Below are positions 12,900-24,479 of a DNA stretch of 64,000 bases, one piece after another. Under the pieces are notes generated by a model. That model was not told the origin of the DNA. It ran no database searches and saw nothing but the letters and a program-made list of their open reading frames with translations. Both the position numbers and the translations under genes were made by a program. This DNA is from Sphaerodactylus townsendi. Its lineage: Eukaryota. The stretch is from the NCBI RefSeq assembly GCF_021028975.2, contig NC_059433.1, forward strand, positions 41,540,001-41,604,000. Direction: 5' to 3'. How positions within the stretch are numbered: the stretch's first letter is position 1; each line of letters starts with the position of its first letter.

Positions 12900-13550
12900 A
12901 CAATCGCTGGGTCTTTCCATCGCCCAGCACTTATCCCGTCCTCTTCCCCCGCGCCCCGCGCCTTGGGACTGCTCGCTCGTCCCCTCCTCCTGCGCTACAA
13001 AGGCCTGGACTACGCCAACTTTCCCACAGGCGGGCGCCCGCTTACTCTGCACCGGAGACAGCCCGGCCCCGGTTCTGGCTGGGGCGACGACGGGACCTCA
13101 GCAGCCCCTCCGCTCTGCTGCAGGGGGCGGGCGACCGACAGGCACCTTAAAGGCCCCCGCCTTGCGCGCAGCTCCGACTGGAGAGGTAGGCGGGAAAGAA
13201 ATGGTCAAATCGTCTCCTCCTTCCTGGCCTCATCTGCACCTCAAGGCGTCTGGAGGGCGCGCCTACGCGGCCTCTTTTCTTAGGCTCTCAGTGTGTGCAT
13301 GACTGACTCCTGTGTTTTAATATTTAGGGGCGGGAAAGTGGGGAGGAAGCGCCGAGGGAAAGGCCTGCCCACTCATTGACATCCACTCCCAAACTCCTGC
13401 TAACTTCGTCTGCGGCGGCTTGGAAGAGCACCTTTTGCCTCCATGGTAAAGGCGGGAAAGGGTGTCCTTTTCTTCTCCAGGAGAGATCTGCCCAGGACTT
13501 TGCCCGTTAGGGTGCAGGGGAATTGGGCCCCTGGGTCTCGCTCACCGTTA
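12900..13550 (-). promoter_or_regulatory. CpG island / TWSG1 promoter with probable non-coding exon 1 (donor GCAGA|gtaagc, exon ending at 13046)
   Basis: High GC and CpG density, GC boxes (ggggcggg at about 13327, gggggcggg at about 13123), 2.6 kb upstream of the first coding exon. Confidence 0.75.
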
Positions 13551-14399
13551 CCAAATAAATACTAGGAGTTTGCCGCCCTCTTCTTGAATATGAGAGGCGA
13601 ATAAATGCTTTGGTGTGTAAAATATGCTGGACTTTAAACTCTGTTTCTGTTCCATACTTTTGTGTATGCACCTAACGAGATGAGACAATACAAAAAATCT
13701 CCCATATACAGCCCGGAAACCACACAGCACCCAAATCTCCCATATAGTTAGACGTTGCACAGCACAAAAGTATGTTGCAGAACCGAGTTTGAAATCCCAC
13801 ATATTTCATTCACTAAAGCCAGTATCCGTCTTTTATGCAAAAGATCACTCTTTATTGCATTATAGGCTTTGACTTTCCAAGCTTTTCAGAACGGAAGCCA
13901 GCAGAATTCTGAGGTGCTGATGATAAGATTTCCAAGACTGAGCTGGGAAATTCCTGGAGATTTGTGAGGGGAGTTTAGGGAGTAATTATTTATGAATAGA
14001 TCATAGAGGTCAAATGTAATTTATTTTATAAAAGAGTTGTTGATTATATACATATATACACATATACATGCACGTGTGCACACAAACACATATGGGGAAT
14101 GTCATTTTATACTTTTCCCGCCTTAAAAATGTAGATCCAGCCCTGTAAGAGTCTAAACAATTATTTTCTCCATAATTAGTCTCTGTAGTCTGCAGATCAG
14201 TAATAATTCCAAAGTCTCCATACTGGCCAACTGTGGTGTAAAATGGGCCGTATTCTTAATGCTTCCCCTATTACTAAACTCCCTGAAAATAAATACTAAA
14301 ACCATCAAAAGGAAAGGTTTTAGCATATCTATTTGCATACTGCACTCATTTTCCACTTACAGAGAGTGACTAAAGTAGAAGAACTTTGGAAAATGTAAT

Positions 14400-14585
14400 C
14401 CCCAACAAGAAAGTATCCCGCTTAAGAGAATCTTCTCGGTTCAACTAGCTTTAAGGTCCAAGGTTTCATGTGTAGGAGCAGGGAAATAAATTCAGTTCAC
14501 CAAATAAGAGTATGCCATTCATGTGGAGGACTGGGGAATCAAACCTGGTCCTCTAGATTAACTGCTCTTAACCACTACACCACTC
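14400..14585 (-). mobile_element. SINE fragment (tRNA-derived head)
   Basis: ggggaatcaaacctggtcctctagattaactgctcttaaccactacaccac is the reverse complement of an A-box/B-box head. Confidence 0.5.
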
Positions 14586-15010
14586 TGATTTTGCCCCACT
14601 GAAGAGAAGACACCTTCATGGTAAGTTCAACTTGTCTTTCTCCTTCAGTGGGGCTTCATCATCCAAGCTAGTCACAAAGTGTGGGTAATAAAAAACACTT
14701 ATCTATCACTTAAAAAGTAAGAGACAATCTCACCTCAGGCATCCTGGTCCAGCACCTGCTGTAGGACTCTTCTCCCAAATACGCTTCTGCAGACAGCTAC
14801 TGGTCAAGTCTATAATATCTTATGAATGTGGAAAAAGAAGATTATGTGGCTGCCTGGCAGATCTCCTCGACTGGTGCTCTGGATGCGAAGACCACTGAAG
14901 TCACAGCTGATCTTGTGGAGTGACACACCTTGGAATTTGCATGCCCTGAGCTTCGTAAAACATCTTTGTGCAGAGTTTTATCCATCGTGCTATGGAAGAT
15001 ATATTCCTTG

Positions 15011-15318
15011 GGGTGCTGTGTGGTTTCTGGGCTGTATGGCCGCATTCTCTCCTGACGTTTTGCCTGCATCTGTGGCTGGCATCTTCAGAGGATCTGATAG
15101 TAGGGAAGCAAGTGGAGTATATATACCTGTTGGAGTATCCAGGGTGGGGGAAACTCCAACAGGTATATATACTCCACTTGCTTTCCTACTATCAGATCCT
15201 CTGAAGGTGCCAGCCACAGATTCAGGTGAAACGTCAGGAGAGAATGCTGCTAGAACACAGCCATACAGCCCGGAAACCACACAGCACCCCAGTGATTCCG
15301 GCCATAAAAGCCTTCGAC
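15011..15318. mobile_element. PLE inverted-repeat insertion, copy 2 (longer arms, hammerhead cores mutated), inside the DIRS YR region
   Basis: Same family as 8148-8368; TSD aagatatatYccttg at 14996-15010 and 15319-15333. Confidence 0.8.
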
Positions 15319-16230
15319 AAGATATATCCCTTGTTCCAAAAGTGACAGAAAGCATCTGAATTCCTGAGTTCTTGCAAGGTAAAAGTTTAATGCTCTTCTA
15401 ATATCCAAAGTGTGCCACTCTTTTGGATGTCTGGGCTTTGGACAAAACAATGGAATTATTACTGGTTATCTTAGATTAAAACAGATTTAATTTTACTAAT
15501 AGGTGAGGGGTCTACCTGAAATACTATAGATCCTTCAGTAAAGATGAACAGTTTCTTCTTAGTTTAAAGAGCACCCAGTTCTTACACCCACTGAGTGATT
15601 GCCAGAAGAAAGGCAGCCTTCCAGGATAACTATGCAATGGCCACCTTCCCCAAAGGTTTCAAAGGGTCTTTTTTGTTAAGACTTTTAACACCTTACCCAA
15701 ACTCCAGGACTGAAATCTGTGTACTATAGGTGCAGCCATCTGAGTCGCCCCTTTAGAGGTCCAGTTTCTGGCTGGACCTCTAAAGCCATTTACCTAAGAT
15801 CGCAGCAAGGTCTTAAACCTGCCTTTTCAGTATGTTTGGTCAAAGACATAGAGTCCAGCCATCATACAAGAAACAGAATGTCCCTAATACTTGGTGATAG
15901 TGGCTCAACCCCTTTCTGTGTTGCTAAATACTGTCCAAGTAGATTCTCTAAGTGGAATCCCTTCTAGAATTTGACATGACTTCCACTATTCCTTGGTGCA
16001 ATCCCAGGCTATCTAAGTCTGTCCCCTCAATAACCAGATGTGGAGTTGAAGCCATGCTGGCTCCATGTGAGCTATCCAACCCTGCATCAGCAAATTGTTG
16101 AATACAGGAAGTGGCCATGGCTATTCTGCCAATAATCCCAACAGATCTGAAAACCATGGCTGCCTGGGCTGGTGAGGTACCACCAACATCAAATTGGCCC
16201 TCTGCTCTCTCACCTTCCTTAACACTTTCT

Positions 16231-16770
16231 CTAATAGTGGGTTTCTGACAAACGAGTCATGGCAGACCAATCATCTCTTTTTTTGATAGAGTGACAAGCT
16301 TGGTAGATGAAGGAGGCTAACACCATTTACCTAAAGGCTAAAGGAGGGCAACAAAAATGGTGAAAGGTCTGGAGTCCATGCCCTACGAAGAGAGGCCTAG
16401 GGAGCTGGGCATGTTTAGTCTGGAGAAGTGAAGATGAAGGGAGGACATGATAGCTATGTTTAAATATTTGAAGGGATGTCATGTTGGAGCAAACTTGTTC
16501 TCTGCTGCCTCAGAGACTAGGACACGGAGTAATGGATTCAAGGTGCAGGAAAAGAGATTCCACCTAAACTTTAGAGTGAACTTCTTGACCGTCAGGGCTG
16601 TTCGACAGTGGAATTCACTGCCTCGGAGAGTGGTAGAATCTCCTTCTTTGGAGGTTTTTAAACAGAGGCTGGATGAACATATGTCGGGAGTGCTTTGACT
16701 GTGTGTTCCTGCATTGCAGGGGGTTGGACTTGATGGCCCTTGGGGTTTCTTCCAACTCTATGATTCTATA
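16231..16770 (+). mobile_element. CR1 LINE fragment, internally deleted, nested in DIRS
   Basis: ORF2 C-terminus (TRSNGFKVQEKRFHLN...WNSLPRRVVESPSLEVFKQRLD) and ctatgattcta end. Confidence 0.88.
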
Positions 16771-17094
16771 AGATGGGTGGAGGGTGCGGTGGTTGGTGAG
16801 TGCATTGGAAACATAAAGTCGATTGCTGTCTGAGTGCATCCATGCCCTCTGTGGTAGCCTTCCATACCTGGAGAAATACCTTGGCCCCTTGCAATTTGCC
16901 TTTGTGGCTAACAGGTCTATTTCAGGCATTCCAAATCTGTGTGTTTTGAGCCACCGACTGGTGCAGGGACCATTCACTGTTCCTAATCAACCAGTTGGCC
17001 TCCATGTTGTCTGTCTTGCTCAGGTGGGTTTCATGTAGGCTGAGGAGATGTTTCTCTGCCCATGTGAGCAACAGCACTGTTTCACTGTGTAATG

Positions 17095-17738
17095 CAGGGG
17101 TCCCCAAACTACGGCCCGGGGGCCAAATGTGGCCCCCTGAAGGCATTTATCCGGCCCACCAGGCATGGCAGCGATGGCTCCATTCATGTGCAGTGGGGGC
17201 TCGAGGGAGAGGAGGAACTGGCCCCAATGGCTGTTGATTGCAGTTACATGATGGCACCCCCAAATCTCCATGAATTTTCTGACCCAGAGTTGGAAACCTT
17301 TCATGTGGCAACGCCTGCTCCGCCCTTCTTTCTCAGCTACTCCATGTGTTGCTCTCAGGCTTTCTGTTCCGCCTTACTCCCATTGGCATCAGCCAGGCTG
17401 GCGAATCGCTCGCTGGCTGCTAGGGAGGAAAGAACCCAGGAAGATACCTGATCCTGGGTTAGATGGAATGCTTCATTGGGAAAGTTCTGCTTTTTTTTTT
17501 TTTTTACAGGGGAAGGTATTCCACAGCATCCCCAACAATATTTGGAGCCCACCCTGTACTTGACATACTTTGGTCTCTGTTCTAAAAATAGACCATGACA
17601 GAAAGGCTGAAAGGTGAAATCAAACATTTTACAATCATTTGTGCATAGGAATTTGTTCATAGTTTTTTTAAGTCCGGCCCTCCAACAGTCTGAGGGACAG
17701 TGAACTGGCCCCCTGTTTAAAAAGTTTGGGGACCCCTG
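17095..17738. mobile_element. Non-autonomous hAT element with OposCharlie1/nhAT-like ends, TSD GTGTAATG
   Basis: TIR CAGGGGTCCCCAAACT at both ends; perfect 8-bp TSD at 17087-17094 and 17739-17746. Confidence 0.88.
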
Positions 17739-17744
17739 GTGTAA

Positions 17745-18551
17745 TGTCAGAGCTTGTGTGTGTCCCCACACGTTTGTGGTCACTGGTTGACACAAGCCTT
17801 TGCTGTCATGTTGTTGGTCCTTACCAAAACGTGTTTCCTGGCTTGAGCTGCCAGGCAGAGATAGCAGGTTACAGCAGGGAGCTCAGTCCAGTCCGGGAGC
17901 CAGATTTTAGCATGACCAGTCAGAGGATCAGAATCCACAAGTCAGAGGAAGTGTTGCAGCAGCCATGAGCTTTGTTGTGTCCAGGTCGGGATATTCTGTG
18001 AACCTGCTTGATATAGAGCAGTGGTGGCGAACCTTTGGCACTCCAGATGTTATGGACTACAATTCCCATCAGCCTCTGCCAGCATGGTCAATTGGCCATG
18101 CTGGCAGGGGCTGATGGGAATTGTAGTCCATAACATCTGTAGTGCCAAAGGTCTGCCACCACGGATATAGAGGTTCTTCCAGCATGTTAGGATTCATCCT
18201 GTGAAGACTGTGCTTCTCACTGCTGCAGAAGGTGCCTTCTCTGAGCTAGCAGGTGCACGCTTCTTTGTTCAACATGCAACAACTCCCTCTTGTCTCTGCC
18301 TTTGCTGATATGTGGACTCAGGTGAGCTAGGTGCTTGAGTCTCTGCAGCTGGAGCGGGGCCGGATGCACGGCCTGCTTCTGCAGTCAGTTCTGGCTCTGA
18401 ATTTTGATCTGGCTGTTGTCCACCGCATAAAGCCTGGAGGTGCCCTGGCTGCTCCAAGCCCAGCCCTTGTTGGTTCCCAACTTGGTCTGGGCTTACTGGG
18501 CTCTGCTCATCCCCTGAAGACTCATCTCTCTCCAGGGGATGGGACATGACG
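17745..18551 (-). mobile_element. Probable solo LTR interrupting the DIRS RNase H region
   Basis: On the minus strand it begins (c)GTCATGTCC and ends TGACA, and breaks the DIRS frame between ...QHV and LHSE...; no TSD seen. Confidence 0.45.
18019..18164. mobile_element. Palindromic hAT MITE, copy 2 (family of 6760-6905), TSD ATATAGAG
   Basis: 146-bp hairpin; TSD at 18011-18018 and 18165-18172. Confidence 0.9.
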
Positions 18552-21500
18552 TGTTGGTTTTGGATACTTTTTTGAAAAGACAGGAGCCCCAGTCTTATGG
18601 CTTGAAGCTCTAATCAGTTTATGCTGTGAGCTTGCTCTAGTTTGTTTCAAGGGCCCAGTGCCACCAGTTCTTGACAATGGGCACCCCAGCCCCTCTTGCT
18701 CACAGCTATCTGAGGTGGTTGGATGAATAGAATGCCTTTCTACCACCTGAGCTGTTTCTTGATATTGTATGATATGATTGCCATCTTGTGGTGATGTTTG
18801 CAAATATTTCTCTGGCGTGCTCTGGTTTCTCTCTTCAGATCTCTGGTATAGAAGAAGCATCATTTGCAAGGGTCTAGCATGAGGCCTGGCCCAGGGAACA
18901 ATGTATATTGTTGATATGAACAGGACTAGCAGGTTCATATGTCCCCTTTTGACGTTTGACAAACAACCAAAACTGCTTGCCTGGTCTTTTCCTGTTTCTC
19001 TTGTGGCAGGAAAACCTTGCCACAAGCTGTGTTGATCCTGGCCCCAAAGTGTAGGTGTCCCTTGTATGTGTCAGATTGCTCTTTTCCATGTTGATGAGGA
19101 ATCCATATTCCTGTAATACCTGGATCGTTAACTGTATTCTCAGCCAGATCCCCCTCCGAAGTAGCTCTGATGAGGATGTCATCCAGGTATGGATAAACAT
19201 GGATTTCTTACAACTTCAGATTTGCCATCAAGGTAATGAGCACTATTGTGAACACCCTGGGGGCTGAACTCAGGCCAAAAGGAAGGGCTTTGTATCACAG
19301 GTGTAAATATCCCACACAGAAATGCAGAAAGCAACATGAGGAGGAATGTATAGGGATATGGAGGTACACCCCCCCCCGAGATCTAAAGAAGTGAGGAAAT
19401 CTAGTTTTTGTATCACCTATAACATAGTTCTGAGAGATTCCATTCTGAACCTCCTCTTCACCTAGGTTTAACCTTTTGAGATTCAGACTGGCTTACCAAT
19501 CCTCTGATTTTTGGGGGACCATGAATAGAGGAGAATATATCCCTTTTCCTCTTTCTTTCCATTGCACCTATCAGTGTTGTACTGCTTTCATGAGAATGGT
19601 GTCTTTTCCCACTAACTTTGGAAGGAGAGATTTTTGAAATGTGTTTGGAGGGAGAGAAGTGAATTCTATGTTGTATCCCTATGTTGTAACCCTCCCAAGC
19701 TTTCTGTAGTACCCACAGCATCCCTTAACAGAGGCACTTTCCTGCAAACATGGGCAGTCTGACTCCTATGGGGTCAGTCTTTCTGAGCCTCCTTTCTGAC
19801 TGGGACCTGTTGTTGGGTGCAAACTGATGGGTCTGGTTTCTGGGACTAAAGGAGGTGCTGCCTCCAGATCTGTGGGATCTCTGACCCTTCTGTTTAAAGG
19901 ATGAATAAAAGGGATGAAAGGAACTGTAGCTTTTGTTCTTCCTGTCGTTGTCTTTGTTGGTACCAGTGGAAAAAGACATAGCCTTCTTTTTCTTCTTAGT
20001 TTCCACCAATACCTTTTCTAAGATAGAATCTTTGAACAATAAGGGCCAGTGAATTTTTCCGAGGATAAAATTGGCTTTTGCGGATATGCCCACCTTCCAA
20101 TTTTTTTAGCCATAAATTACTGCCATGGCTGCTTGAGACCTAGCACAAAACTGCATGGCATTGAAAGATGCATCTGTGATAAACTGTGATGCTCTGCATT
20201 TTAAGTAAGCATCTGTTTAGGACCAGTGGATCCACTTCAGGTCTTGTAGCAGGTCATCTTGCCAGATGACAGATGCCCTGGCAAAATTAAGAGAAAATTG
20301 CCAGGCACGAATGGCCAAAGAAGAAGCCTCATAGGTCTTCTTCAGGGCTACCTCAGTTTTTCTGTCCATGGAGTCCTTTAAATCATTTTCTCCATGCTTT
20401 GATAGGATCACCCCCAAGGGAAGGGCAACCATGTGGGCATCAACCAGAAGCACTTTTAAATCTTCCATTGCCTCCTCAGATAGAGAATAAAATTATTTGC
20501 CACCATGCCCAGCAAGGTACTGGTGCCAGGTGAAGCTCATTTCCCCTTGATTGCCTTATCAAAACATTAAGGAAATGGGCAGCCAGAGATAGGCTTAGCT
20601 GGTTCTTTATACACTCTGTTATCAAGCTGAGCTGACTGTGACTTTTTAGTAGAAGCATCAGAATATTTACGTTGATATTTGATAGAGGCTATTACTTTTC
20701 TCAGTAGGCACTGGAAATGATCAGCAGAGAACAATTTGGCTGACTGCTGCTGAGATTCCTCCTCATTCAATGAATTTATGCCTGCACTAGAACCTGAGAT
20801 ATCTCCAACAGAGAGAGATGTGAAAATATGAATCTTGCAGGTCAATTGATGTGAACCAGGCTTCCAATGCCAAATGGGGCAGAATGTCCAAATAGATACC
20901 ATCCAAAATTTGCACATGTTGAGATGCTTTTGCAATGTGTGTAGGTACAAAATGGGATGCTTGCCTCTGGATTTCTTGTCAATCAAGAAATGATGAGAGT
21001 ACAGGCTTCTGTTGGCTTGGTTGGTGGGAAGGGGAATCTCAACAATCGCACCCTTCTCACTCAGAAGACTGACCTCCTGCAGTCATTCTGGTGGGGGTCC
21101 CCCAATGTGAATCATGATTTCAATCAGGAAGAGACAGATACAAATTGTAAGTAGTAACTTGACTTTATTGATCGTTGGGTGATGGAGCTGAGGCCCATCC
21201 AAGTCACAGTCTGAAGTCTCCTGAAGGTTAGCTGAAAGCTAATTAGGAGATATTCTGGAGCCATAAGGGGAGTCACAAGCTACAACTTAACAGCCAAGAA
21301 GTCCTAGCACTAGAGGGAATCTAACAATGGCTGAGGACTGTAGAAAGACAAAATGCACCAAGCAAGTGACCAACCCAGCGCTGCCATGGGCTGTGTGAGC
21401 CACAATGCCAGGCTGGACTTCAGCATCAAGGTGAGCAATAGAATCAAGGACTCATTTTTAACTGGCAAAGAACCTTGAGAGGGAGTTCTACAATGACTGT

Positions 21501-22868
21501 GGGTACAGAACTCCAAGCGATGGCTGAGTGAAAAGGTTGTTCAAGCCATCAATCTTCCTGACACTGAGTGATATGACACCAAGAATCTTTAGAGTTGGAT
21601 TGATGGGCGAGAGACTCTCTGGGACAATGACCTGGGACCTGTGTCACAGGCTGTCCCAGTGAAAGGGTCAAGGACTGGAGGGTTTCCCCAGAGCCTGTTG
21701 CTGATGGAGATTTCTGCATTGGCTTCACACTGGCCTGAGATGGTCCAAGCTATGGCAGTAATGAGTGGCGAGATCGACTTATAGACAAGGAGTGATGACT
21801 CCTAGAGTGACTAGGCTGCGAGTAAAAACCAGACCCATGTTGGTTAATCAACAAACTGGAGCCTTGACTCTGAGCACCACCCTAGGTGAACGGTGACAAA
21901 CTGACATCAATATCTTGATGCTGAACTTCTATGGGTGCATCCTGGATGCTAGTGGAACTTGGGAAACAATCCTGGCATTATCCTGACTAGAGGTGGATTT
22001 TCTCAAGGAAGAGGACTTTGACTACTGGCAACAATGATCCCCAAGGGATTCCACGCTACGACCACGGGAGTAGTGCAGGGCCTTCCTCAAAGGGGACTAA
22101 GAACCGGACCAACGAGACCTCTTGGAAGTCACTCAAGGGGAGCAAGTCCTCATTACAGGCTTGGATTGTTTATTTGGCTTAGGGATGGAGGAACAAAGCC
22201 CTCTTTGGTTGGTTGGAAGATGAGGGTTGGGGCATTGGTATTGAGGAGTCTGAAGGGGTTTTCGAAGACCTACCCCCTGAGCAAACCACCAGGTTGGGAG
22301 CCAAAGATCTCTCATAAAGGATGGCCTTGAACTTGCTTTACAGTGAGCACTGAACATACCCATGCCCAGAATGTGTCCTCCTCCCAGGCAAAGAAGCTAG
22401 TCAAAATGTCTGTCGTCGTTAGACATCTTAGCTCCACACTTGGAGCATTTTTGAAGCAAGCTGAGCTCTTCAAACACCCGTTGGCTTGCAAGACAAACCA
22501 ATGCAGGCCAAATGCAGAAGGAACACTAGAAAACACATCATCTGAACATGGCAGCAAAAAGAGAACTGAGGGGACTTCTCCCTCCCTCTCTGGCCTCATA
22601 ACTGTTTCAGTGAGAAACCTTCCCATCTATGGTTCCAAGGGGAAGGGGGCACTCTTTTGCTAAGGGAATGCTAGAAGAAAAATTGCTATTCTTCTACACA
22701 GCATGCCTGTGCATGTACAGTCCCATGTGGGACTACATATGACACTATGAAGATGAATTGGGAGTTTTATTTAGTGGTTGAAGCTGAAGGTGGAATAGTA
22801 GTGAGACTTTTCACAGGTGATCATAAATAAAAGGGAAGGAAATATATCTTTTGGGAGAAGAATTCCTA

Positions 22869-23339
22869 AGGTTGGTATTAACCTTTAAGGCCTTTCACGG
22901 TCTGGGGCCTCCATACCTGCGGGACCGTCTTACCCCATACGTCCCGAATCGGTCTCTGCACTCGGCAGAGGCCAATTTACTGGTGATCCCTGGCCCCTCA
23001 ATGATGCGGCTAGCCTCCACCCGGTCCAGAGCCTTTACAGCTCTGGCCCCGGCCTGGTGGAACACTCTCCCTCCAGCTGTCAGGGCCCTGCGGGATCTTA
23101 ATGAGTTCCGCAGGGCCTGTAAGACCGAGCTGTTCCGCCGGGCCTTTGGGGAGGCCGGCTGCTGATGCCCCCCCCAGAACATCAGTGGGTCCTGACGTCC
23201 CCCTACCCCCTTTTTGTTTTAGGGGACTTGATAGTAGGTGCCATCTTTATGCTGATTTTAATCATGCTGCGTTTTAATAGGATGGGGTTATTTATATAGA
23301 GTTAAAAAATTACCTAATATTTATTGGATTTTAGCTTTG

Positions 23340-23373
<34 letters not shown>

Positions 23374-24447
23374 TATTAGGTTTATAAACCGCCCTCCCCC
23401 GAAGGGCTCAGGGCGGTGAACAGTATAAAGAGCACCGTCAATTAAAATACAATGTAATATAAATAAGGATGGCTCCGATAAAAATAAACCTTACTCTGTT
23501 AAAATGCAGCATTAATACTTTAAAAGTTACGGATGGCTTCTAATATCCCCATTCCTTCTACAGGAGTCACAGAGTTGGGTTTTATAGGCCTTCATAAAAG
23601 AGCAACAAGAGGAGGGAGGGAGGGAGGGAGGGAGGGCCCTCATCAACGGGCTAGTCTCCCCAAAGGTCCAGTGGAACAGCTCAGTCTTGCAGGTCTTCCT
23701 GCGGAACTCAGCAAAGGCCCACTTAGGGCCCGGACAGCTGGGAGGTGGCTGCCTCCACAGAGGCTGGGGCCAGAGCTGTAAAGGCTCTGGGTCCGGGTGA
23801 GGCTACCAATGTGATCATGGAGGCCAGGGATCACCAGTAGATTGGCTTCCCTGCCGAACGCAGAGACCGGGTTCGGGACATAGTGGGGTCAGGAGACGGT
23901 CCCAGAGGGTACCGGGAGGGCCAGGCCAGGTCACAGCAAGGCCTTGGGCTGCTAACACCAGCACCTTGGAAATGATTCGGTATTCAATTGGCAACCAGTG
24001 CAAGCGGCGAGTATTGGTGTATGCTCTCCCATGGCACCTCCCACAAGCATGCGTACAGCATTCTGGACCATCTTTAATCTCCTAATCAGACGCTAGCGGA
24101 AGGCTCATGTGTAAGCGAAGCTGTAATAGTCCAACTCTGGAGGTAACCGCTGTACGGGACCACAGTAAGGCCAAGTCAAGCTGGGAGAGAGAAGGAGCCA
24201 GCCGCCGGGCCCGTCGTAATATTTGCGTAAACGCTTGTGACTGGGTTATATGGGCCACCTGGGTCCTGCATTAGAAAGAGACTAATCCAGAGTGGACCCC
24301 CCAAGGTCGCTAAGGATTAGAAGGGCTGGAGTGCCATTAAAGCCCCCCTCCCACACAATATGTGCTCTATTCCAGTTTTGTTCATCACTCTTGAGCCCTT
24401 TGGGGGAGGGGCGGTATAGAAATATAACCAATAAATAAATAAATAAA
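22869..24447 (+). mobile_element. L2-clade LINE 3' fragment split by an inverted L2 copy
   Basis: ORF2 C-terminus LVLTFKAFHGLGPPYLRDRL...RAFTALAPAWWNTLP...KTELFRRAF; the 3' end resumes at about 24375 and finishes in (TAAA)n. Confidence 0.8.
23341..24340 (-). mobile_element. L2-clade LINE fragment in inverted orientation, (TAA)n tail at 23343-23372
   Basis: HWLPIEYRI.SKVLVL motif; homologous to 22869-23165 in reverse; many indels. Confidence 0.75.
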
Positions 24448-24479
24448 CTAGTTAGAACAAAAAATTGGATTCTTGTTCA

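Larger units (their letters stand above)
14590..22757 (-). mobile_element. Degenerate DIRS-type tyrosine-recombinase retrotransposon (possibly a composite of two) with nested insertions
   Basis: Gag-like fragments (20.2-22.5 kb); RT motifs LPFGLSSAPRVFT and HVYPYLDDILIR (about 19160-19290); RNase H-like GWGAHC...ELQAIRL (18550-18690); MTase-like PEIDLLATKANCK (about 16.9 kb); YR motifs HTLDIRRAL and STRSAVTS...VEEICQAAT; ICR-like hairpin at 14592-14663. Confidence 0.8.

Noticed and set aside
12522-13302. 211-aa and 176-aa ORFs
   Set aside because: Stop-poor GC-rich CpG-island sequence with no recognisable domain.
14826-15359. 177-aa ORF
   Set aside because: Chance read-through across antisense DIRS sequence and a palindromic PLE insert.
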